DNA of 64,000 bases from the IMG/VR virus record IMGVR_UViG_3300025132_008118. The stretch is one strand, 5' to 3'. A model generated the notes under the pieces. That model worked only from the letters and a program-made list of their open reading frames with translations, had not been told where the DNA came from and did not search any database. The DNA is from a virus. The translations under genes were made by a program, and so were the position numbers. Shown one piece after another: positions 50,732 to 58,915 of this stretch; the first letter of the stretch is position 1, and the number at the start of each line of letters is the position of its first letter.

Positions 50732-51880
50732 TTATTCTACTATAATAAACGTATTATTACTACTCAACCCTCTACCACATAAAGTATCCATATATGAAAG
50801 ATCTGAAAAATCATAACCAGCTTTATTTAAAGGTATGAATCTTATAACACCTTTTAGTATAGGAGGTGAATTAAAAATTATAGTATTGTCATTTAAAATC
50901 GTAAAAGGTATTGACTGACCTGAAACTGCTACCTGTCTACTAAAATTAGATACTGATGTAAGATTAGTATAACTAGTTTCAGTATTGGTACTAAATAGTA
51001 CTGTTTCAGTGTTTGTGAAGCCACTACCATTTAATATAATACTACCAGATGTATTAGAAGCAATAGTTAAATTTTCTTGAAGTAAAACCCCATTATAAAA
51101 AATATCAGTTATAAAAGGTGATCCAGATAACTCAAACGATTCAATTCTATCATCAATAACCGAAGAGGCAGGATATGTATATGTATTACCTGATAATGAT
51201 TCGTAGTTATCATAATATTCGAGTTTAGTTTCATTATGAAAATTATTATCTATAAAGAATATATTACCTGATGGGTTATCAGTATCTTTAAATAACCACC
51301 CTTTAATAGTAAATGATGTATCTGCGGTAACTCTTGCTTTTTGACTTGAATTGAGATCAGTAGGATAGTTCATATTAACGTCTCCGGTCCATAATACCTC
51401 ACTTCTAATTTCTTGATCAACGCTTAAATTAAATTTTTCAGGTACTTTCCATGATATAATTACATATGGATTACAAAAAGGCACAAAATTGCTTAGGATT
51501 TGATCCATATCAGTTTGGTATCTAGTTAAAACTGAAACTGATAATGTAATGTTAATTGGTACAGGTGCCTTAATATGTCTAGATACTTTTTCATCCCCTA
51601 TATTAGCTTGGTAATAAAACCCATCTAATTTATTGAAAACTCTAGATTGATCTCTAGAAATATTATTTACATTGACAGATACAACTGGTAATGTTAAAGT
51701 TTTATTTTCGTTTACTAGATCATATAATACTCTTTGTTTTGGAGCATATACATATCTAACATTAATCTTATCTTTCTCTACTCTATCTCTATTAAACCTA
51801 CCGATAACAATATCATCAAACGCAGCAACGAACTGCGTAAGCATATCTTTAATTTCAAAATAAAAGGGTCGAGCTCTCAC
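50732..51880 (-). CDS. Tail sheath stabiliser / terminator gp15-like with C-terminal Ig-like extension
   Basis: FYFEIK....FVAAFDDI, YAPKQR, LP..S, DQILSNF.PF.NP. GTG start 5 nt after TAAATA. Confidence 0.8.
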   Translation of the reverse strand: MRARPFYFEIKDMLTQFVAAFDDIVIGRFNRDRVEKDKINVRYVYAPKQRVLYDLVNENKTLTLPVVSVNVNNISRDQSRVFNKLDGFYYQANIGDEKVSRHIKAPVPINITLSVSVLTRYQTDMDQILSNFVPFCNPYVIISWKVPEKFNLSVDQEIRSEVLWTGDVNMNYPTDLNSSQKARVTADTSFTIKGWLFKDTDNPSGNIFFIDNNFHNETKLEYYDNYESLSGNTYTYPASSVIDDRIESFELSGSPFITDIFYNGVLLQENLTIASNTSGSIILNGSGFTNTETVLFSTNTETSYTNLTSVSNFSRQVAVSGQSIPFTILNDNTIIFNSPPILKGVIRFIPLNKAGYDFSDLSYMDTLCGRGLSSNNTFIIVE

Positions 51881-51884
51881 TTAA

Positions 51885-52349
51885 TTATTTATCCCAAGGA
51901 AACTGTAACCAGCGAGTAGTATATAAAGTATTACCGGAAATAATGTTATTATTGAATTCAGAACCATCTCTTTTTACTAAACTAGCATACAAAATATCAT
52001 CACTATTAACTTTATAATTGCGATTTAATATAGAATTTACTGCAGTAAAAGTTCGCCCACTATCATTAATATCATCTACAACTAATATTTTTGAGCCTTC
52101 TTTAATACTATCAGGTCGTTGATATACTATTGTATCGAGATACTTACCATTCTCTTGCCTAGTATTAATTCCGATATTATAAAGCGTCTTTATATCTAAT
52201 TTATAACTTAACATAGCTCCAGGTATTAAACCACCTCTGCCTAAGGCTGCAATGCAATCAAATTGCATATTTTTATTTTTTATTTGTTCAGCTAAACATT
52301 CAGTTAAAAAATCTATATTATTCCAAGTTAATTTTAATATATCCTCCAC
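51885..52349 (-). CDS. Type I phosphoribosyltransferase (purine PRT, gpt-like)
   Basis: ALGRGGLIPG..L, PRPP-binding ILVVDDINDSGRT, W..FPWD end. Confidence 0.85.
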   Translation of the reverse strand: MEDILKLTWNNIDFLTECLAEQIKNKNMQFDCIAALGRGGLIPGAMLSYKLDIKTLYNIGINTRQENGKYLDTIVYQRPDSIKEGSKILVVDDINDSGRTFTAVNSILNRNYKVNSDDILYASLVKRDGSEFNNNIISGNTLYTTRWLQFPWDK

Positions 52350-52371
52350 ATACTAATTATAACATATGAAC

Positions 52372-52767
52372 TTAAGAAATCAAGCCTTTTTTCTTCATCT
52401 GTTCTATAACTGTTGTATATAGATCTAGTTTGCTTTTTAATACAAAACCAGTTGCATTTTTTTCAATCAAATTATGTATATCATTTTTCACTCTTTCTAA
52501 GAATTTACTTGCTTGTTCACTGTCAATTACACCATAACCTTTAAGTTCTATTTCTTCGTCACCACTTATACCATTAGATATAAAAGGAGCTCCTTTAACT
52601 TTAGATGCATTAGTTGTAGGTACACTATATTTAGCATAAGAAGGTTTACCTTGATTAGGTGTATACTTACCATAATTTTTATCATTATTTCTTTGCTGCA
52701 TAGAAGCAATTGCTGATTGATTTAAATTACTTTCGTAAAGATTAAAAATTTTTGATTGATCACTCAT
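52372..52767 (-). CDS. Hypothetical late protein
   Basis: 131 aa; TAAATA upstream. Confidence 0.55.
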   Translation of the reverse strand: MSDQSKIFNLYESNLNQSAIASMQQRNNDKNYGKYTPNQGKPSYAKYSVPTTNASKVKGAPFISNGISGDEEIELKGYGVIDSEQASKFLERVKNDIHNLIEKNATGFVLKSKLDLYTTVIEQMKKKGLIS

Positions 52768-52808
52768 TATTATTATTTAATATAAGAAAATTTAATAAAT
52801 ATATTAAA

Positions 52809-53201
52809 ATGGAAAAGCCTATTACTTTCTTTCGCTCTTTTTTGGAAAATATTAATTTTGCTACTTTTTTCTTAGCAGCAGTAGGCGCATTAGCCGCCCT
52901 TTGGTTAAATAGTAATTATGTTTCGCAAGAAGTGTATGAGAAGGATCAACAAATAATTCAATTAAAAATTGAGAGTTTAGAAACAGAGACCCAAGCCTTA
53001 CGATTTATGGCTCAAACAAATCAAACTGAGATAAGAGAATTGTTACCATTGGTGGAAAAAATTGAAACATTAATAAGCAATTTTATAACACCAAGTGGTG
53101 ATGTTATTATAACAGAGAGTATGAAAGAGATGGAAGTTGATATTGCTGAAATAAAGAAAGATATCGAGTATATGAAAGCTCGATTATGGCCAACAGATTA
53201 A
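52809..53201 (+). CDS. Membrane-anchored coiled-coil protein
   Basis: Likely start MEKP at 52809 after TAAATA; one hydrophobic helix followed by a heptad-rich region. Confidence 0.55.
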   Translation: MEKPITFFRSFLENINFATFFLAAVGALAALWLNSNYVSQEVYEKDQQIIQLKIESLETETQALRFMAQTNQTEIRELLPLVEKIETLISNFITPSGDVIITESMKEMEVDIAEIKKDIEYMKARLWPTD

Positions 53202-53644
53202 GAATACAATTCTAAATAGATCTTAGTATATTTATCTTCAAAATCTCTTGCTTGTATTTCCATAGGATTTTTATAATACTTGTTAGTGTAATTTGCTGCA
53301 TCAGCCTCTGTATAATCTAATTTAGAGTCTTTTACTTTATCTAAGTTATCTTGAGCAAAATGACACAACTCATGAAAATAGGAACTAATATACCATTCCT
53401 TCTTCTTAGCTAAGGTACGTTTTGATGTTTTAGTTCCTATTTCCATTTCATTACATTCAAAGTAATAACCTGATGTATAACAATCTATAGTTTTAATTTG
53501 CAAATCATAGTTCCAGATCTTCCTAGTTCCTTTATATTCATTTAATATAAAATTTGTAAATCGTTCCAGTTCCTTAACCTTTACATTAACTGACTTAAAT
53601 AGTTCCTTTGCTTTCTTATTAAACTTACAGTTAACAATAATCAT
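53198..53644 (-). CDS. HExxH zincin-like protein
   Basis: YFHELCHFAQ and YYKNPMEIQAR; preceded by the GGAAC-N5-TATAAT element (53645-53666). Confidence 0.6.
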   Translation of the reverse strand: MIIVNCKFNKKAKELFKSVNVKVKELERFTNFILNEYKGTRKIWNYDLQIKTIDCYTSGYYFECNEMEIGTKTSKRTLAKKKEWYISSYFHELCHFAQDNLDKVKDSKLDYTEADAANYTNKYYKNPMEIQARDFEDKYTKIYLELYS

Positions 53645-53669
53645 ACTACTATTATATCACTGTTCCCAT

Positions 53670-53703
53670 AAAAAAAGATGCTCCCGTTTCCGGAAGCATC
53701 TTT
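53670..53703 (-). terminator. Rho-independent terminator
   Basis: Minus strand GATGCTTCCG-GAAA-CGGGAGCATC followed by TTTTTT. Confidence 0.85.
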
Positions 53704-53725
53704 ATTAAAAATATACTATTCAATC

Positions 53726-54103
53726 TTAAACGTAACCAAGTTGATATAATCTTCTAAGTGTAGGTCCAACTGAGTTATTACCCTGAGCAGAAAGTGTTTG
53801 TAGATTACTACCACCTGTAAGAGCTCTTGTAAAAGTAAATTGAGTTGCTTTTCTATCACCATTAATGACTGCTAGTTCTTTTCCGATATATGCATTATCA
53901 ATATCTAATTCATATACAATATCATCTATCTTTGCGCTAACAGTTGCTTGATGTGTCTGTAATGTATCTTCTTTGGTAAATAAAACTTTTGCAGAAGATC
54001 CATCTGATACTATCATACCTGATACACCTGTTATAGATGTTTGTTCATCTGCTAAACCAAAAGTAGTTTCGTTAAAAAATGCTATGTTGTCTCCGAGTGC
54101 CAT
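53726..54103 (-). CDS. Hypothetical late protein
   Basis: 125 aa; TAAATA 5 nt upstream. Confidence 0.6.
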   Translation of the reverse strand: MALGDNIAFFNETTFGLADEQTSITGVSGMIVSDGSSAKVLFTKEDTLQTHQATVSAKIDDIVYELDIDNAYIGKELAVINGDRKATQFTFTRALTGGSNLQTLSAQGNNSVGPTLRRLYQLGYV

Positions 54104-54119
54104 GTAATTATTTAATCAA

Positions 54120-54422
54120 TTAGATGTTAAGATTACGAAGTCTTTGTCTTCTTTGTTCATCAGTTTCTTCAACTTGCACCTCTTCAGCTGAAACCCCAAT
54201 GTCTGCTACTTGCTCTACTAGCTTTTCTTTAGTTAGTCTCTTGTCAAGCTCTACGCCATCTTCTCTTGCTAACTCTTCAAGCTGATCTTTAGATAAAGAA
54301 GAGATATGCTTTTCAAGCTGTTTAACCATTTTAGATTTTAAGAGCCTTCTATCTAACTCTACACCATACTTACGGGCAAGTTCTTCAAGCTCTTCTTTAG
54401 ATAATTTAGAATATTCACTCAT
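54120..54422 (-). CDS. Protein with two Rho-N/HeH-like helical repeats
   Basis: LSKEELEELARKYGVELDRRL.K and LSKDQLEELAREDGVELDKRL.K. Likely start MSEY at 54422 after TATAAATA. Confidence 0.65.
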   Translation of the reverse strand: MSEYSKLSKEELEELARKYGVELDRRLLKSKMVKQLEKHISSLSKDQLEELAREDGVELDKRLTKEKLVEQVADIGVSAEEVQVEETDEQRRQRLRNLNI

Positions 54423-54502
54423 ACTATTATTTATACAATCGCGCAAAATTCCCCGACACCAAACAAAGCGCGGATTTGTCGCAGATGGTCTTAAATAAAA
54501 AT

Positions 54503-54925
54503 ATGTACGAATATAAAGCAGTAGTAACTCGAGTTGTTGATGGTGATACCGTCGACGTTGATATAGATTTAGGTTTTAATGTATGGCTTAAAAAGCAGCG
54601 CATTCGCCTCTATGGTATAGATACACCAGAGAGTAGAACATCAGATAAGGTAGAGAAGGTATTTGGTAATCTAGCTAAGTCTAAAGTGTTAGAATTTTGC
54701 CCAGTAGGCTCAAATATTATACTCCAAACCAAAACCGATGATAGTAGAGGTAAGTATGGTAGAATTTTAGGTGAGCTAGTTACACTAGAAGGTACTAATG
54801 TTAATACCTTTCTTATAGAGAACAATTACGGTGTTGCTTACTTTGGTAAGTCTAAAGATGAGATAGCTGATGAGCAATTAGCTAACAGGGATATACTAAT
54901 AGAAAAAGGTGAAGTTACTCTTTAG
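54503..54925 (+). CDS. Staphylococcal-nuclease-like (SNase/thermonuclease) protein
   Basis: VTRVVDGDTVDV, RIRLYGIDTPE, GKYGRILG. Likely start MYEY at 54503. Confidence 0.88.
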   Translation: MYEYKAVVTRVVDGDTVDVDIDLGFNVWLKKQRIRLYGIDTPESRTSDKVEKVFGNLAKSKVLEFCPVGSNIILQTKTDDSRGKYGRILGELVTLEGTNVNTFLIENNYGVAYFGKSKDEIADEQLANRDILIEKGEVTL

Positions 54926-55129
54926 TATAGCACTCATAGTGTTCCTTACCTCTTGTAAGACTACCCCAGGTACCGAGCGCAATATAGATCTAGATATAAG
55001 TGTTCCAGATTCTCAGTTCCTGATTGAGTGGTAATTTATTTTATTAGAGAGAGATAACTCTCGTTCGGTTACCGGTATTTTTATTAATTTAAAGGAAAAA
55101 CTCCTTGAAATAATGATTAAATATTGGTC

Positions 55130-55357
55130 ATGAATGAATTAATATCAAACATAAAGAGCGGTCTAACCGCTATCACAGATATAGGACTCGGTGTAGTTTC
55201 TATTTCAATATTAGCAGAAATATTATTCGGTAAAGGAGCTCTATTCGGAGCAGACGTTATCGGTAATGTTACTAACATAGTTTCTACTATAGGGGGATCT
55301 AATGGTCTCATCGGACTAGTAGCGCTATTTGTCTTAGCAGTACTATTAAAGAAGTAA
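55130..55357 (+). CDS. Small two-helix membrane protein (possible holin)
   Basis: Two hydrophobic segments and a KK C-terminus; TAAATA upstream; terminator follows. Confidence 0.5.
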   Translation: MNELISNIKSGLTAITDIGLGVVSISILAEILFGKGALFGADVIGNVTNIVSTIGGSNGLIGLVALFVLAVLLKK

Positions 55358-55393
55358 AAATCTATACGAGGCTCCGCGGTAAGTATAGTAATC

Positions 55394-55428
55394 AAAAGTC
55401 GTTCCTATTACAGGGGCGGCTTTTTTTT
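55394..55428 (+). terminator. Rho-independent terminator
   Basis: AAGTCGTTCCT-attac-AGGGGCGGCTT stem with G-U pairs, then a T-run. Confidence 0.75.
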
Positions 55429-55584
55429 GGGAACGTTCCTCTTTATATATAAATTTTTCTCGCGTCAAAAATTTTAAAAGGCATGGGGCCTCCCAAGGCC
55501 CGAGACCCGCTCTCTATATAGGAATTCTCCCACGGTAACTTCTCTCAGCGGGGTGGGTTGCTGCGCAGCAAAAGCTGCCGCAGA

Positions 55585-55617
55585 CAAAAAGAGGCCGCTC
55601 TATATAGAACGACCTCT
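55585..55617 (-). terminator. Rho-independent terminator ending the small-ORF array
   Basis: Minus strand AGAGGTCGTTCT-ATAT-AGAGCGGCCTCT followed by TTTT. Confidence 0.8.
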
Positions 55618-55645
55618 CCAACAACAACACACTATCTAATTAGAC

Positions 55646-55849
55646 CTACATTGCAGGCTCTAAAATGCTATCTATATAAGCTCTGGCTTTACTACTTAAC
55701 TCTACATCTGGGTCATCCATCATCCTAATTACTTCATCGGCATCTATACGATATTCGGTACCAGAGCGCTCACTATAAAGGATAAATCTCTTCTTATCGT
55801 AGTCAGTAAGCCCGTGGTCGGGGAGGTATATACGATACTTAGGCTTCAT
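55646..55849 (-). CDS. Small hypothetical protein
   Basis: 67-aa ORF coupled to the upstream ORF. Confidence 0.6.
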   Translation of the reverse strand: MKPKYRIYLPDHGLTDYDKKRFILYSERSGTEYRIDADEVIRMMDDPDVELSSKARAYIDSILEPAM

Positions 55850-55850
55850 C

Positions 55851-56138
55851 TTACTGGTTGCAGAAGGCTACCTTCTTCTCCATTTCGTATAGCTTCTTAT
55901 CGCCTGCAGTAATGAAATCGGGCTTGATGCCGAATGCCTCGCGCATGCGCTCGAGGGTATCAGCATAGTTATCATTGACCACGCCCATCACAGAGACCAT
56001 CTCTGGGTTGAACTGCTCGGAGAGGGACTCGATGAGAGCTAGCTTAGAGCTCTCGTTAGCGGCTGCACGGCAGATGACGTCGACGGCATTATATAGCTCG
56101 CCAACGGTTACGGTATCGGTGTTGTTTAGGTTATCCAT
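55851..56138 (-). CDS. Small hypothetical protein
   Basis: 95 aa; GGAAC-N5-TATAAT element upstream. Confidence 0.7.
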   Translation of the reverse strand: MDNLNNTDTVTVGELYNAVDVICRAAANESSKLALIESLSEQFNPEMVSVMGVVNDNYADTLERMREAFGIKPDFITAGDKKLYEMEKKVAFCNQ

Positions 56139-56422
56139 ACTACTATTATATCGCAGTTCCTCTTACTGGGGGCGCCCCCTTCGGGGGCTTAGCCGCAGAG
56201 GGGGTGGATTGAAATGGGAACTCAGATATAATTTAGATATGAGACCAGAGGGTCTGGGAAGGACTACCTCGAGGAAGGGGCCTCAGCGCCTGCGTTCCTC
56301 TTTCTTCCGGATTAAGGAACTGCCGTATAATTATATAGAGTGCGGAGACCCCTCACGTGTAGGCGTTTGCAGGAGGAGGAAAAATTTTGAGGAGATACTA
56401 ACCTTTATACAAATTCTCTCTC

Positions 56423-56779
56423 TCACCCGTTAAAGCATCCTGGCTTGACATAGTCATCATCATCCTCATCGGGTACCGGTAAGTTACAAGTTGGATCAGA
56501 TGCATCATACTCTAAGTACCATCCTCTGTCTTCGTCTTTAGCATTGTACTCGGCCACTTCATTAAATGACTCTGGTAACTTATATATCTCTGATGGCTCA
56601 TTGCCTACCTCTTCTGACCTCTTTAACATATGCGAGATCTGCGCTTTTAGCTCGTCGACTACCTCTTCCGGTATTGTAACCTCTCCTTTATAGTCATGCA
56701 TGATCTTTACCTCTAGAGTATTAACCAAGCATTCTAAGTGCCCTTGCAAGCATCCATATCCTTTAGCGTAATTGTCCAT
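56423..56779 (-). CDS. Acidic hypothetical protein
   Basis: 118 aa; one of the few genes here with an SD-like GAAGGAG upstream. Confidence 0.65.
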   Translation of the reverse strand: MDNYAKGYGCLQGHLECLVNTLEVKIMHDYKGEVTIPEEVVDELKAQISHMLKRSEEVGNEPSEIYKLPESFNEVAEYNAKDEDRGWYLEYDASDPTCNLPVPDEDDDDYVKPGCFNG

Positions 56780-56833
56780 CTCTTATATCTCCTTCTCTCA
56801 GCACAACGTATAAATTCTTACCATGTTTCAATC

Positions 56834-57019
56834 TTAGGTAAGCTTTAATAGATTTAATACCTCTTCACTTACATCGACATCAACTTGATTACTATTAGCA
56901 AATGCTACATCAGCTGATACTGGCCCTGACCTCTGGGTTGCTATATCAGTAAATATAAACTGACCGTCATTAAACGTCAGGCTATATGTCTTCTCTTCTA
57001 CTTCTTCTACTATATCCAT
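56834..57019 (-). CDS. Small hypothetical protein
   Basis: 61 aa; repeated element upstream. Confidence 0.65.
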   Translation of the reverse strand: MDIVEEVEEKTYSLTFNDGQFIFTDIATQRSGPVSADVAFANSNQVDVDVSEEVLNLLKLT

Positions 57020-57040
57020 ACTACTATTATATCACTGTTC

Positions 57041-57205
57041 CTAATTAAAGATTGCACCCAATAACAATATCACTGCTGCTATTATGGCCGAGCCCACTAC
57101 AATGCATGCTGAGAAGATTACATCATTGCCTCCCTTTACCAATTCACCATCTTCTTTACTACTTTGGTATTTTGTATTTTTCTTTCGTATTTTACTGTTT
57201 GCCAT
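57041..57205 (-). CDS. 54-aa membrane peptide
   Basis: Read by hand: MANSKIRKKNTKYQSSKEDGELVKGGNDVIFSACIVVGSAIIAAVILLLGAIFN. Confidence 0.55.
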   Translation of the reverse strand: MANSKIRKKNTKYQSSKEDGELVKGGNDVIFSACIVVGSAIIAAVILLLGAIFN

Positions 57206-57301
57206 AACGCTCTTTATGTTTATAAAGGTACTGTACTATACTTTACCTCTTACTTTTATTTAAAAATTACCTCTTTTTACTTAAAATCTAACTCTTTTTG
57301 G

Positions 57302-57658
57302 TTAGTTCTCTCTCTTATAATGGTCACGAGGTCTTTCAAATTGCTTGGAAAGCTTATCCTTTTGCTCTAATCTCTTGAAGATACCGTATATATTCTCGTC
57401 CGTATAGCCATCTTTCTTTAGTGCATCGATTACTCTTCCGGCTGGTACGTATGCATATATCGGCTTATCGTACGTCGGATCATCTGCCCATTCCTTCAAT
57501 AAGTCCTCTCTTACTCGAAAGCCTCTCTTATCAAACACTGCTACCTCTACTTGAGTATAAGGTCCTTCATCGTCCTTTGGATAGCAGTAATGAAACTCGG
57601 AGGCCTGGATAGAGATCTCTCCATCTTTATAAGGTATTGGCATATTCAAATCTTTCAT
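57302..57658 (-). CDS. Hypothetical protein
   Basis: 118 aa; repeated element upstream. Confidence 0.7.
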   Translation of the reverse strand: MKDLNMPIPYKDGEISIQASEFHYCYPKDDEGPYTQVEVAVFDKRGFRVREDLLKEWADDPTYDKPIYAYVPAGRVIDALKKDGYTDENIYGIFKRLEQKDKLSKQFERPRDHYKREN

Positions 57659-57665
57659 ACTATAA

Positions 57666-57836
57666 TTATATCAAAGTTCCTAATACTTTATCGGCATCTA
57701 AGTTAACTGAAACGTATGGCTTTTTACTCCATTTGAAAGCTTCAGCATTACTTAGCGGTATCTCATTTCTAGTTCTATTGTTAACTAAAACAAAACCAAA
57801 CATCAGATTAAAACTTAAGTTGTATTCATTTTCCAT
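57666..57836 (-). CDS. 56-aa hypothetical protein
   Basis: Read by hand: MENEYNLSF...DKVLGTLI; its stop lies inside the next element's TATAAT. Confidence 0.6.
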   Translation of the reverse strand: MENEYNLSFNLMFGFVLVNNRTRNEIPLSNAEAFKWSKKPYVSVNLDADKVLGTLI

Positions 57837-57877
57837 ACTACTATTATATCTAAGTTCCGTAAAAAGGTTTGAGCATT

Positions 57878-58267
57878 TTATAGAGTGCTCACCTCTTGAC
57901 TCACCTCGGATTTATTATATTGTGTCGGGTGGTGCGAATTTTCTAGATAGGCCTTTACTGCATCAAATGCATCATAGCTAAAACCTCCTACATGCCAGTT
58001 AAAGATTCCTTTCCGGCAGATTGAAGCATCATAAGTCTTCCAATCATAAATCGTAGCAGTAACGTAAGGGTTTTCGTTATCAGTAGTCTCAAACTCTAAG
58101 GTCCACTCAGTAGTTACCTTACCATCGTCAGAGGGCTCATAGTAAGTAGGCTCACCAAAAGCCTTTACCAAGTCATCATACGTTGCTTTCAAATAGGAGC
58201 TTCCAACTAAAGAAGTTCCTGAAGTATTAATCGATTGCGAATTTCTTACGTTAATTATCTTGCTCAT
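57878..58267 (-). CDS. Conserved phage hypothetical protein
   Basis: GTSL...ATY..LV.AFGEP...DGKV..EW...TIYDWK...WHVGG, a pattern familiar from large phages. Confidence 0.7.
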   Translation of the reverse strand: MSKIINVRNSQSINTSGTSLVGSSYLKATYDDLVKAFGEPTYYEPSDDGKVTTEWTLEFETTDNENPYVTATIYDWKTYDASICRKGIFNWHVGGFSYDAFDAVKAYLENSHHPTQYNKSEVSQEVSTL

Positions 58268-58274
58268 ACTAATA

Positions 58275-58511
58275 TTATATCACAGTTCCTGTTCTGATTC
58301 TTCCGGAAGGATCATACCATCGTGCTGCTGGTTGCTTTGTAGCAGTATTTAAGTACTCTGCATTTTCCTCTTCTAAGAATGATTTATAAAACTCTGCTAC
58401 CTCATCTTCAGAAAGGTAACGTAAAAGCGATTCAAGTACATACTTATTAGTCAAGATGCCATCGTCGATAGCTTCTAGGATTTGATTAGTGGTTTTTCTT
58501 GCTGTGGTCAT
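58275..58511 (-). CDS. Small hypothetical protein
   Basis: 78 aa ending GTVI*, which is the next element translated. Confidence 0.65.
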   Translation of the reverse strand: MTTARKTTNQILEAIDDGILTNKYVLESLLRYLSEDEVAEFYKSFLEEENAEYLNTATKQPAARWYDPSGRIRTGTVI

Positions 58512-58532
58512 AGCTATATTATATCACTGTTC

Positions 58533-58712
58533 CTAAGAGGCATTGTTAAAGAATTCTCCGGAAGAAATCATAAGTTCCTTCTCGGCTGCAGCAGTAAAAT
58601 GAATACCTGCTTCATAATGCTCCTCCACATCCTCAAAAGGAATCAAATCGCCATCCTTAAACGAGATGAACTCTCCATTTTCGGTAACGTCTACTGTATC
58701 AAAAGGGCACAT
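58533..58712 (-). CDS. 59-aa acidic hypothetical protein
   Basis: Read by hand: MCPFDTVDVTENGEFISFKDGD...FFNNAS. Confidence 0.5.
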   Translation of the reverse strand: MCPFDTVDVTENGEFISFKDGDLIPFEDVEEHYEAGIHFTAAAEKELMISSGEFFNNAS

Positions 58713-58714
58713 AA

Positions 58715-58891
58715 CTAAAAGGGTAGTTCTAGAGGTTTTAGATCCAAGATTGAATCCTCGATGTTGTCTAGACGCTCTATTGATACCTGATGCTCGCCTC
58801 CGTCTTCATCCATAACGTATGCAAGCCCTCTTTCGGTATCGATTTCTAAAACCTCTACCCAATTTTGCTTATCTAATGTTGCTGTTTTCAT
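58715..58891 (-). CDS. 58-aa hypothetical protein
   Basis: Read by hand: MKTATLDKQNWVEVLEIDTERGLAYV...LELPF; repeated element upstream. Confidence 0.6.
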   Translation of the reverse strand: MKTATLDKQNWVEVLEIDTERGLAYVMDEDGGEHQVSIERLDNIEDSILDLKPLELPF

Positions 58892-58915
58892 ACTATAATT
58901 ATATAGTAGTTCCTC

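Noticed and set aside
55975-56433. 152-aa plus-strand ORF as a real gene
   Set aside because: Its first half is antisense to a promoter-bearing minus-strand ORF, and the rest is Arg/Gly-rich read-through of a GC-rich island.
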